Assembly (NCBI GenBank): GCA_040218735.1
Contig: JAVJQW010000007.1
Span: forward strand, 32,001-96,000
Origin: Deltaproteobacteria bacterium
Lineage (GTDB): Bacteria; Myxococcota; Kuafuiibacteriia; Kuafuiibacteriales; Kuafuiibacteriaceae
Direction: 5' to 3'
DNA length: 64,000 nt
Made by a program: the position numbers and the translations under genes. Each line of letters opens with the position of its first letter. Positions within the stretch are counted from its first letter, which is position 1. Shown here piece after piece: positions 9,813 through 18,468 of the stretch. The notes below the pieces were generated by a model. It was not told where the DNA came from, searched no databases, and saw nothing but the letters and a program-made list of their open reading frames with translations.

Positions 9813-10231
9813 GGGAGCCTCGCGACGCCGAGCCAGAACGACTGGATCGAGCGAACGGCGGCTTCGAACTGTTCGAGCCCGACCGGCTTCGTGACGTAGC
9901 AGTTGGCCCCCAACGCGTAACTCTCCGCGATGTCCGGCGCCGCGTCCGACGAGGTCAGCACGACGACGGGCAGCCGCGCGAGCGTCGGGTGCGCTCGAAG
10001 GTGCGCGAGGACGTCGTGCCCGGACTTACGGGGGAGGTTGAGATCGAGGAGCACGAGATCAAACGCCTCCTGGGCGTCGTTGGCGCTCGCTTCGAGCTTC
10101 GCGATCGCATCGATGCCGTCGATCGCGATCGAGAACGCGAGTGTGGCGTCACCGTCGCGGAGTGTCTCTTGCGTGAGGTCGACGTCTCCCGGGTTGTCTT
10201 CGACGAGGAGGATGCGACGGAGTTGGTTCAT
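9809..10231 (-). CDS. Rcp1/RcpA-like single-domain response regulator
   Basis: ILLVEDNPGD...LVLLDLNLPRKSG...VVVLTSS...YALGANCYVTKP...IQSFWL. The C-terminal FW motif is typical of phytochrome-associated regulators. ATG at 10231 overlaps the upstream stop as ATGA. Confidence 0.92.
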   Translation of the reverse strand: MNQLRRILLVEDNPGDVDLTQETLRDGDATLAFSIAIDGIDAIAKLEASANDAQEAFDLVLLDLNLPRKSGHDVLAHLRAHPTLARLPVVVLTSSDAAPDIAESYALGANCYVTKPVGLEQFEAAVRSIQSFWLGVARLP

Positions 10232-12777
10232 GCCGACACCTCCGCGCTCTGCAGCGTCACGAAGAACGTGGTGCCGCCGCCCGGCGTCGCCTCGAACCAG
10301 ATTCGGCCTCCGTGACGCTCGACGATGCGCTTCGTGATCGCGAGCCCCATGCCGCTGCCCTCGTAGGTACCGATCGGGTGGAGCCGCTGGAACATCTGAA
10401 AAACGCGCTCCGCCTGCTCCGGATCGATACCGATGCCGTGGTCGATGACCGCGACGCGCCACGCGCTCCCTTCGGCGCAGGCCTCGATACGGACGCGCGG
10501 CGCCGCCTCCCCGTGGAACTTGATCGCGTTCTGGATCAGGTTCTGGAAGAGCTGCGCGAGCTGCACCGGATCCCCCTCGACGGTGGGGAGAATGTCGTAC
10601 GTGACTTCGCCGCCCGTCGTGTGGAGCGTGCTCGCGAAGGATCGAACGACGCGTTCCATGAGCACGCCGAGGTCGACCGGTTCGAACGGACGACCTTGGG
10701 AGCCGACGCGTGAGTACTCGAGCAGCGCGTGAACGAGCGCCTGCATGCGCCGCGTACCGTCGACCGCGTAGCGAATGTACTTGTCCGCGCGCTCGTCGAG
10801 TTGCCCTTCGTAGCGGCGCGCGAGGAGCTCCGAGTAGTTCGCGACCATGCGGAGTGGTTCCTGAAGGTCGTGCGACGCCACGTACGCGAACTGCGCGAGC
10901 TCGGCGTTGCTTCGCTCCAGCTCTTGCTCGCGCGTGATGCGTTCGGTGAGGTCGGTGATCGACGCAATCGTCGACAAACCCGACGGACCGTCGATCGGCG
11001 TGAGCCCGACTTCGACGGTGACCTCGCTGCCGTCGCGGCGGACGGCGCGCAACTCGCGGCCCTTGCCCATCGGTCGCTTCGAAGGGGCAGCGTTGAACGA
11101 GCGGATGTGGTCGCCGTGTTCGCCGCGCACGTGGGCGGGGACGAGCCCGTTGACGTGCTGCCCGAGGAGCTCGCCCTCGTCGTACGCGAAGAGATCGTCC
11201 GCGGCTTGATTCGTGAGCGTGATGACGCCCTCGCGATCGACGATCACCATCGGGTTCGGCGTCGCCTCGATGATGCGAGCGAACCACGCAGCCGAACGCT
11301 CGATCTCCGTCACGTCGACCACGGAGACGAGCGTATACCATTCGGTCTCCGCTGCGAGTCGGGTCCGGACGACCTGGAGCGGAATCTCGTGGCCGTCGCG
11401 ATGTCGACCGAGGCACCGCTCGGATCCTGCGTCCGCGTCGACCTCGGAGTCGGCGTCTTCGATGTCCGGGAGAAGGGTACGTACGGACGCGCCGATCAAG
11501 TCGCCGTCCTTCGCACCGAAGATCGCCAACGCCGCAGGGTTGGTGTGCACGATCGTTCCGTCGCGGGTAGTGACCAGCTTGCCGTTGGGGGAGCGGTCCA
11601 CGACGAGCCGGAACTGCGCGCTCTGCTTTGCGAGGCGTGCATTGCGATCGAGAATCGTCGTGCGCATGGTTTCGAACGCGCTCGCGAGGGTGATGACCTC
11701 TCGACCCCCGTGTTTCGGGAGCGACGGGCCCGGCGCGCCGTCCGATGCTTCGAGCGCGGCGACAGCGGTAGTCAATCGTTCCAGGGGTTGGGTGAGTGAG
11801 CGTGCAATAAATGCAGAGAGCAGCAAACCCACCAAGATCGTGACCAGCCCGACGACCCAGACCGTTTGGACGGCGCGATCGATGGGGCCGCGGAGGTCCG
11901 ACAGGGGCGTCGACTCGACGAACACGAGCCGCTCCGCGTTGCGTTCCCACGGCCGCGTTGCATAGACGAGCGCGTCGAGCTGGATCGTCTGCGGGGAATG
12001 AGAAGCCAGCGCGGTCTCGAGAAACGGGAGCTCCTCCCCGGCTCGGTGTTCGTGCCCCAGCTCCGTCGCGAACGTGTGCTCCGCGTCGGGGTGCAGCAGG
12101 AAATCCCCGCGTGCGTCGATCAGGTAGACGGCGCCCTCCGCCGACGCGGCGGTCATGTCCGCAAAGATGTTGGTCATGTCCAGGTTGAGCACGAGGATGG
12201 CGCGTGCTCCGCCGTCCGCTCCGACGGGGCCGGCGATTCTCAGCGTTGGTCGGTACGGGACCTCGATGCGGTGGTGCTCCTGGTTGAGCTCGATCTTCGA
12301 GACGAAGAGCTCGTCGCCCTCGAGCGCGGCGGCGCGTTGAAAGTAGGGGCGGTGTGCCTTCGTTTGAAGGTCCTCACGTGGGACCACGCGCGGCGGTCCT
12401 CGCGGGCTGCGCTCCACGCGGATGCGCTCGTGGCCGGTCGGGTGATCGAGCACCCGTAGCTGGAGGATCGCCGGGTGGCTGGCCACCACCGACACCAGGT
12501 GGGCGGTCAGCCGTGTCTCCACTGTATCGTCCTGGGATGCGGACGCGAGGAGCTCCGCAACGAGCGGGCTCGTCCGAAGCTCGACGATCTCGGACTTCGC
12601 CGCGTCCAAGTGCTGCGTGAGCATCGCGGCGAGTCGATCGGTGCGGCGGTGCATCGAACGGGTCGCGATGGGCAGCAGCGATGCTTCGAGTCGAACGCCG
12701 ACCAAGACGACGGTTGCGGCGATCGAAACGAAGACGAGGCAGGCACTCGCGAGCCCAAAACGCCTCGCGATACTCAT
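10228..12777 (-). CDS. Membrane sensor kinase (TM-Cache-TM-HAMP-PAS-PAS-HisKA-HATPase), Cph1-class kinase core
   Basis: Two hydrophobic helices flank a periplasmic domain (RPYFQRA, FVSKIELNQE). Then HAMP (SLTQPLERLT...EVITLASAF), two PAS domains, FAYVASHDLQEPLR, QLFQNLIQNAIKF and FQRLH...YEGSGMGL. Start moved to ATG 12777. Confidence 0.92.
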   Translation of the reverse strand: MSIARRFGLASACLVFVSIAATVVLVGVRLEASLLPIATRSMHRRTDRLAAMLTQHLDAAKSEIVELRTSPLVAELLASASQDDTVETRLTAHLVSVVASHPAILQLRVLDHPTGHERIRVERSPRGPPRVVPREDLQTKAHRPYFQRAAALEGDELFVSKIELNQEHHRIEVPYRPTLRIAGPVGADGGARAILVLNLDMTNIFADMTAASAEGAVYLIDARGDFLLHPDAEHTFATELGHEHRAGEELPFLETALASHSPQTIQLDALVYATRPWERNAERLVFVESTPLSDLRGPIDRAVQTVWVVGLVTILVGLLLSAFIARSLTQPLERLTTAVAALEASDGAPGPSLPKHGGREVITLASAFETMRTTILDRNARLAKQSAQFRLVVDRSPNGKLVTTRDGTIVHTNPAALAIFGAKDGDLIGASVRTLLPDIEDADSEVDADAGSERCLGRHRDGHEIPLQVVRTRLAAETEWYTLVSVVDVTEIERSAAWFARIIEATPNPMVIVDREGVITLTNQAADDLFAYDEGELLGQHVNGLVPAHVRGEHGDHIRSFNAAPSKRPMGKGRELRAVRRDGSEVTVEVGLTPIDGPSGLSTIASITDLTERITREQELERSNAELAQFAYVASHDLQEPLRMVANYSELLARRYEGQLDERADKYIRYAVDGTRRMQALVHALLEYSRVGSQGRPFEPVDLGVLMERVVRSFASTLHTTGGEVTYDILPTVEGDPVQLAQLFQNLIQNAIKFHGEAAPRVRIEACAEGSAWRVAVIDHGIGIDPEQAERVFQMFQRLHPIGTYEGSGMGLAITKRIVERHGGRIWFEATPGGGTTFFVTLQSAEVSA

Positions 12778-12931
12778 GTTCTCGCCGACCGGGCCGATGG
12801 GTTCGAAGGAGTGGTGTCGGCCGCGTTGGCCTTCATCCGCACCGTCGTACCACCGCGCAGCGATGGTGCCAACGCGGTGGTGTGGATGGGCTACCGCAAC
12901 GTTTGCGCCTCTGGGATCCGTGTTGGAAGTG

Positions 12932-13900
12932 ATGACGAGCGGGGAGGCGATTCGAGTCGACGCGGGTCGGCGGACGCGTCTGTTGATCGTCGACGACGAA
13001 CCCACCGTCGCTCGTTCGATCGCCCGGGCGCTCGAGTTCAGTGGGTACGAGACCTGCGTCGCGTCGTGCTACGCCGAAGCGATCGATCTCGTCGACAGCA
13101 TCGATCTCCTCCTGACGGACATGCAGATGCCGGGGCCCTCCGGGTTGGACCTCTTGCTGGAGACGCAGCGTCGGCGTCCCGATGTGCCGGTGGCGATCAT
13201 GACGGCGTACGCGTCCGTGGAGGACGCGCTCAACGCGATGCAACACGGCGCGTACGACTACCTGCTCAAGCCCTGCAACACGGATGAGATCATCCTCAAG
13301 GTCGAGTTGGGACTGAGGCTGTCGCGTTATGAGCACGAGCTTCGACGCCAGAACGACGAACTGCTCGCGATGTCGAAGCGACTCGCGCACCAGAACTCGG
13401 AGCTGGAGCGGCTCGCGACGACCGACGACCTCACGAAGTTGGCGAACCGCCGTTCCTTCCTGCGGCGACTCGACGAGGCCGTTGCGAGCGCGACGCGGTA
13501 TCGCCAGCCGTTGTGTCTACTCATGCTCGACATCGATCACTTCAAACGAATCAACGATGGGTTCGGTCACCCTCGCGGTGACGCCGTGTTGGTCGAAGCC
13601 GCAGCGCGACTTCGGGCGAGCGTGCGTGAGGTCGATCTCGTCGGCCGGCTCGGCGGTGAAGAGATAGGCGTGCTCCTCCCCAACACGGAGCTGGACGGTG
13701 CGCTCGAGCTCGCCGAACGAATCCGCGTTCGCATCGGTCGCGAAGACTTCGAGGAGGTTGGTCGCGTGACGGCCTCCATCGGAGTCGCATCGCTTCAGGC
13801 CGACGCCGCGCGGTTGATCGCCGAAGCGGACGAAGCGCTCTACGACGCCAAACGCAGCGGCCGCGATCGCGTCGCGTTTTCGTCGGTGCGCGCCGCCTGA
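12932..13900 (+). CDS. Response-regulator diguanylate cyclase (REC-coiled coil-GGDEF)
   Basis: LLIVDDE/LLTDMQMP receiver, then DDLTKLANRR, DIDHFKRINDGFGHPRGD, I-site REVD and active site RLGGEEI. Confidence 0.93.
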   Translation: MTSGEAIRVDAGRRTRLLIVDDEPTVARSIARALEFSGYETCVASCYAEAIDLVDSIDLLLTDMQMPGPSGLDLLLETQRRRPDVPVAIMTAYASVEDALNAMQHGAYDYLLKPCNTDEIILKVELGLRLSRYEHELRRQNDELLAMSKRLAHQNSELERLATTDDLTKLANRRSFLRRLDEAVASATRYRQPLCLLMLDIDHFKRINDGFGHPRGDAVLVEAAARLRASVREVDLVGRLGGEEIGVLLPNTELDGALELAERIRVRIGREDFEEVGRVTASIGVASLQADAARLIAEADEALYDAKRSGRDRVAFSSVRAA

Positions 13901-13902
13901 GC

Positions 13903-14574
13903 TCAGTCGAGGAGGTCCGTCACGATCCGGTTGTGCGCGCCGCGCTCCGCGTCGACATAGCGGTGGTGCTTCGCCTCGATCACGCGACCACTCTCCGTCG
14001 CGACGTGCACCTCGTACTTCGTGGGGCCGTCGACGAGGTCGAAGGAGCGCGCGAAGCGCCCGGCAGCGACGCGGCGGAAGACACACCGGTACGTCGAGTC
14101 GATCTCGAACAGCGCCGGCGTCACCGTCGCGTTCATCGCCGCCTGAAGCTGGGAGCGATAGGTGTCGTCGCGCGCCGCGATCGCGAGGTTGGCCTCGGCC
14201 ACGGTACGCAGCGCGACCTCCGCCGTGACGCCGCGGTTCAGCCCGTCGTCCAGCGCCGTCATCGACGCGCGCTCGATGCGCGCCTTGCCGTCCGCGTTGG
14301 CGAGCACCGCGACCACGACGACGGTCGACGCGATCGAGAACGCCGCGAGCGGAGCGAGGATCGGTCCGCCGCGAGTGATGCCGAGGAACGCGAGGACCAG
14401 CAGCCCGCCGAGACCGACGAGGTCGACGATCCCGGGCAGCGGTCGCATCACGGCCACGCACGCACCCGACGTCGGCGCGTAGTCGTCCGGCGCGAGCCAC
14501 CCGGGGACGTCCGCGAGGCCGCTGGACATCGCGACCGTGACGATCGCGACGAGCAGCCAGGGGAGGGCGCGCAT
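13903..14574 (-). CDS. Hypothetical membrane protein
   Basis: Three hydrophobic segments followed by a soluble domain. Start overlaps the upstream stop. Confidence 0.6.
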   Translation of the reverse strand: MRALPWLLVAIVTVAMSSGLADVPGWLAPDDYAPTSGACVAVMRPLPGIVDLVGLGGLLVLAFLGITRGGPILAPLAAFSIASTVVVVAVLANADGKARIERASMTALDDGLNRGVTAEVALRTVAEANLAIAARDDTYRSQLQAAMNATVTPALFEIDSTYRCVFRRVAAGRFARSFDLVDGPTKYEVHVATESGRVIEAKHHRYVDAERGAHNRIVTDLLD

Positions 14575-15599
14575 CACTTCGCCCGCTTCCTCCGGCGCCA
14601 CCAGACGAACAACCCGATCAGCAGCAGCACGTCCACAGGGATCGGGATCGTCGTGCGATCGTCCACGACGTCGGGCGGTGGTTTCAGGATCGGCGCGTCA
14701 CGGTGAGGCGCGAAGAACACGTCGTCGACGCCGTTCCGCGGCGCGCTTCGATCCACCCACGCGTGCAGCCACGCGTCGGCCGCGACCTTCACGCCCGCGA
14801 CTTCGCCGAGGCCGTGCGGCGCGCGGTAGACCGTCTCCCCCGGCCACGCCTTGCCGGCCAACATCCCGCGCATCGGAGCGGGCGCGACGAGGAACACCCG
14901 CAGCGCGCGAGGGCCGGTCATCGAGTCGGAGCGTTGGGACGCGGGTTCGCGGTACGGATAGAACGGCTCGTCCGTCGCGAACGTCATGCGCACCGCGGAG
15001 GTCGAGACGCTCGAGCCGTCCGCGTTCTTCGCGATCGTGAACGCGGTGAGCTTCCACTTCTTGTCGACGTAGGCCGTGAGCCACGCTTCGAGGTCGTCGG
15101 TCTTCGCGAACCCACGCGCGTCGAGCCAGTCCGCGAGCGCCGCCGGGTCGTCGGCGGCGAGCACCACGGCGTCGTAGCCGCCGACGCGCTGGGTCTTCAG
15201 GACGGCGACCCGTGGCGCACCCGCGATCGACTTCTCGGCCGAGCGCCCGAGGAACATCGTGAACGGCGCGAGCACCAGCGAGAAGGGGAAGAGCTTCGGG
15301 CCCGTCTTGACGACCGTCTCGGGCTCGATCGCCCGCGCCAGTTCGTCGAAGACCGAATCGTCGACCGCGGCCAGGTCGGGCACCGACGGCGAGGGCACGA
15401 GGAACCCGAACGACGCCGCCCCGGTGTCGAAGCGCGCGCGCCGGACGAAGTGCTGCTGCTTCGCGGCCGGATCCCAGACGATCAGGGCCTCCTCCTCGAC
15501 GATGGCGACCTCGACCTCGGGCGGGGGCGCCGGGGCGCAGGGCCGCGCTTCGCGGGGGAGGGCGAGGGCCAGGGCGGCGAGGGCGACGGCGCGCTTCAC
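14574..15599 (-). CDS. DUF2330-like exported protein with C-terminal membrane anchor
   Basis: Signal peptide ending in A-x-P-C, EEALIVWD, FGFLVPSP, VGGYDAVVL, WLDARGF, and a C-terminal TM with a basic tail. GTG start inferred. Confidence 0.75.
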   Translation of the reverse strand: MKRAVALAALALALPREARPCAPAPPPEVEVAIVEEEALIVWDPAAKQQHFVRRARFDTGAASFGFLVPSPSVPDLAAVDDSVFDELARAIEPETVVKTGPKLFPFSLVLAPFTMFLGRSAEKSIAGAPRVAVLKTQRVGGYDAVVLAADDPAALADWLDARGFAKTDDLEAWLTAYVDKKWKLTAFTIAKNADGSSVSTSAVRMTFATDEPFYPYREPASQRSDSMTGPRALRVFLVAPAPMRGMLAGKAWPGETVYRAPHGLGEVAGVKVAADAWLHAWVDRSAPRNGVDDVFFAPHRDAPILKPPPDVVDDRTTIPIPVDVLLLIGLFVWWRRRKRAK

Positions 15600-15718
15600 G
15601 CCGCCATCATGCCCGGGGCCGCCCGGAGCCTCCACATCTCGTGGCCGGCCGGTGCGACGACGCCCACAGGTTGCGTTTTCTTGCCTTTTGCGCCGGATCC
15701 GCAGGATCCTGGAAAGGC

Positions 15719-16855
15719 GTGGCTCGCAAACGCAACACGGCGCCCCAGACGGGCGACCTCTTCGCGCCCCGCCCGGCCCGCGCCGAGCGGCCGGCGGAGC
15801 CGCGTCCGCCTACGCCGCCACCCGAGGATCCGCCGGCACCGCCGACGACGCAGTCCAAACGCGAGAGCCTCTACTTCGACGAGCCGTTCCGCGAGTTCGA
15901 GCACAACGGTGGAGTACACCTCGCGGATTCGATCCTCTGGTGCGACGCCGACCGCCGCCACGACCTGTGTTTCATCTCGCACGCGCACGCGGACTACATC
16001 GGGAAGAACCGCCGCATCCTCGCGACGGATCAGACGGTGCGAATCCTCACCCGCGGTACGGGGAAGATCGACTCACTCACGTCGCCCTACCGGCGCAGCT
16101 TCACGCTCGGACCGCTGACGCTCGAGATGCATCCGGCGGGTCACGTCCTCGGTTCGGCGCAGCTCCTCATCACGCGCGACGACCGGCGAATCGTCTACAC
16201 GAGTGACATCAACACGCGCGTCACCGCGACGGCCGAGGCCGCGGAGCCGATCCCCTGCGACGTCCTCGCGATCCCCGCGACGTACGGACTGCCGGCGTAT
16301 CGGTTCCCACCACGCGAGGAGGTCATCGCGAACATCGAGAAGTTCGTCGCCGACTGCCTCGAAGACCGCGCGACGCCCGTCCTCATCGCGAACCAGATCG
16401 GCACCGCGCAGGAGCTCATGCAGATCCTCGGCAAGGCCGGGCATCGCCTCCGCGTGCACCGTTCGATCTACGACGTCGCGAAGATCTACAAGGAGCACGG
16501 CATCGACTTCCCCGGCTCGCGTCGCTTCCAGGGCTCCCCGGCGCGCGACGAAGTCGTCCTGTTCCCGCCGATACTCCGGCGCCACGCCTCCATCCGGCGC
16601 CTCCGCAAGTACCAGACGGCGTTGGTCACCGGGCGCGCACTCGACGAGGCCTTCGTCCATCGCCACCGTGTCGATGCGGCGTTTCCGCTGTCGGACTCCG
16701 CGGACCACGAGGAGCTCCTCGCGTTCATCGAAGCGACCGGCGCCTCCGAGATCTACCTCGTGGGGGGACACATCGAGGAGTTTGGCGAGACACTCCGCGC
16801 GCGTGGGCATCGTGTGTATTCGCTCGTGCCTCCGCAACAACTCAGCCTCTTCTGA
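15719..16855 (+). CDS. Metallo-beta-lactamase / beta-CASP-type nuclease (ligase-associated exonuclease-like)
   Basis: FISHAHADY, PAGHVLGSAQ, YTSD, ATYGLP, LSDSAD. GGAAAGG precedes GTG 15719. Ends in QQLSLF. Confidence 0.85.
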   Translation: MARKRNTAPQTGDLFAPRPARAERPAEPRPPTPPPEDPPAPPTTQSKRESLYFDEPFREFEHNGGVHLADSILWCDADRRHDLCFISHAHADYIGKNRRILATDQTVRILTRGTGKIDSLTSPYRRSFTLGPLTLEMHPAGHVLGSAQLLITRDDRRIVYTSDINTRVTATAEAAEPIPCDVLAIPATYGLPAYRFPPREEVIANIEKFVADCLEDRATPVLIANQIGTAQELMQILGKAGHRLRVHRSIYDVAKIYKEHGIDFPGSRRFQGSPARDEVVLFPPILRRHASIRRLRKYQTALVTGRALDEAFVHRHRVDAAFPLSDSADHEELLAFIEATGASEIYLVGGHIEEFGETLRARGHRVYSLVPPQQLSLF

Positions 16856-16898
16856 ACCGTCATTTGACCGCCGACCCAGCCCGGCGCAGCATCCCGGC

Positions 16899-18464
16899 GT
16901 GCGTCTGCCCTGGTGCGCGCTTCTCGGCGCGATCGGCATCCTCTGCGGCGTGGCCCCCGCGTACGGTCAAACGGCGACGGCCTCCGTCGCGACGTCGTCG
17001 ACCGCCGCGCCGCCGCCCCCTGCGGTAGCTTTGAAGGTCACGCGGGCGGCACCGCCCGTCGTCGCCAAGAACACCGATTCGATGACGCTCGACGAGCTGG
17101 TCGAGGGCAAGGATCTGACGGGGACTCCGAAGCTGCCGCCGCGCGAGCCGGTGCTCCCTCCGGTCTCTGCGAAGCCCGGCGAGGATCGCCCGCTCCCGAA
17201 CTACGACGGTCGCGATCCCGAAGGCACCAACGCCGCACAGGCGTTGATCTGGTTGCCGCGCGTCGTCTTCTTCCCGGTGCACCTCGTGTTCGAGTACCTG
17301 GTTCGCTTCCCGCTCGTGCAGGGGCTCACGAAGATCGAGGAGCACTACGTCATCAAACGCGTCGAGCGCATCTTCACGTGGCGCGACGGCAAGTCCGGCG
17401 TGTACCCGACGTTCCTCGCGGACTTCGGGCTCCGCCCCGCGGTCGGGCTGACGACGTTCCACCGCGACCTCTTCGTCCGCGGCAACACGTTCAACGCGGC
17501 GATCGGAACGTGGGGGCCGAAGTGGCTCCGCATCTCGGCGACGAACGAGACCCTCGTGCTCGACGAAGACACCGGTCGCGTCGAGCTGTCCGGCTTCTTC
17601 GACACCCGCCCCGACCAACCGTTCTACGGCGTCGGGTCGGCGACTTCGAAGGAGGACGAGGTGCGGTTCCAGTGGTCGCGTTGGCAGGTCGGCGGACGTT
17701 TCCTCGCGTCGCTCGGTGGCTTGTCCCGGCTGCAGTTCGGGACGGCGTTTAGACACGTCGACTTCCTCGACGACCCGATCGATCCGCCGTACGACCCCTC
17801 GCGGATGAGCGCACCCGGCTTCGACGCGGGGAGCTACGAGATCCTCGAGTCGGAGGCGCGCCTCAAGATCGACACGCGCGACCCCGACACCGAGTTCAAG
17901 GGCGGAACCGGCTACCTCCTCGAGCTGTTCGGGACGTTTGCCTTCGACCCCTCCTCGACGAGCCGCAACTACGTCCGCTGGGGCGCCGAGACGGCGGTCT
18001 TCTACGACTTCACCGAGCGCGGGCACGTGTTGGCGCTGCGCCTTTCGACGGAGATCGTCGAAGAGACGGGCGGCACCGAGGTGCCGTTCACGGAGCTCGC
18101 GTCGCTCGGAGGGCTCGAGTCGATGCGCGGCTTCCTGCCCCGGCGCTTCGTGGGCGACAGCGCGGTGTTCGGCACGCTGAGTTATCGCTACCCGGTGTGG
18201 TCGATGATCGACGCGGAGGTGTTCTCGAGCGTCGGCAACGTGTTCGACGAACGACTCCAGGGCTTCGCGTTGAAGCGCCTCTACCTCAACTCGGGCATCG
18301 GGCTGCGGACGAACCTCGACCGCGACGTCGCGCTCACGTTCATGTTCGCGGTGGGCTCGAATCGTTTCGACGGTCTGCCGACGCGACCCGATCTGCCCCG
18401 GGCGGAGCGCGACTTCCGCATCGAGTCGTACCGCATCGTCTTCGGCCTGACGCAGGGGTTCTGA
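16899..18464 (+). CDS. Omp85/BamA-TamA family outer-membrane beta-barrel, no clear POTRA domains
   Basis: Signal peptide, Pro-rich linker, amphipathic strands, loop-6 motif LGGLESMRGF, SGIGLR, C-terminal Phe. GTG start inferred. Confidence 0.8.
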   Translation: MRLPWCALLGAIGILCGVAPAYGQTATASVATSSTAAPPPPAVALKVTRAAPPVVAKNTDSMTLDELVEGKDLTGTPKLPPREPVLPPVSAKPGEDRPLPNYDGRDPEGTNAAQALIWLPRVVFFPVHLVFEYLVRFPLVQGLTKIEEHYVIKRVERIFTWRDGKSGVYPTFLADFGLRPAVGLTTFHRDLFVRGNTFNAAIGTWGPKWLRISATNETLVLDEDTGRVELSGFFDTRPDQPFYGVGSATSKEDEVRFQWSRWQVGGRFLASLGGLSRLQFGTAFRHVDFLDDPIDPPYDPSRMSAPGFDAGSYEILESEARLKIDTRDPDTEFKGGTGYLLELFGTFAFDPSSTSRNYVRWGAETAVFYDFTERGHVLALRLSTEIVEETGGTEVPFTELASLGGLESMRGFLPRRFVGDSAVFGTLSYRYPVWSMIDAEVFSSVGNVFDERLQGFALKRLYLNSGIGLRTNLDRDVALTFMFAVGSNRFDGLPTRPDLPRAERDFRIESYRIVFGLTQGF

Positions 18465-18468
18465 GAAA

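Noticed and set aside
10228-12777. Phytochrome (light input to the clock)
   Set aside because: The kinase core and partner regulator are Cph1/Rcp1-like, but there is no PAS-GAF-PHY module, DIP motif or chromophore Cys context.
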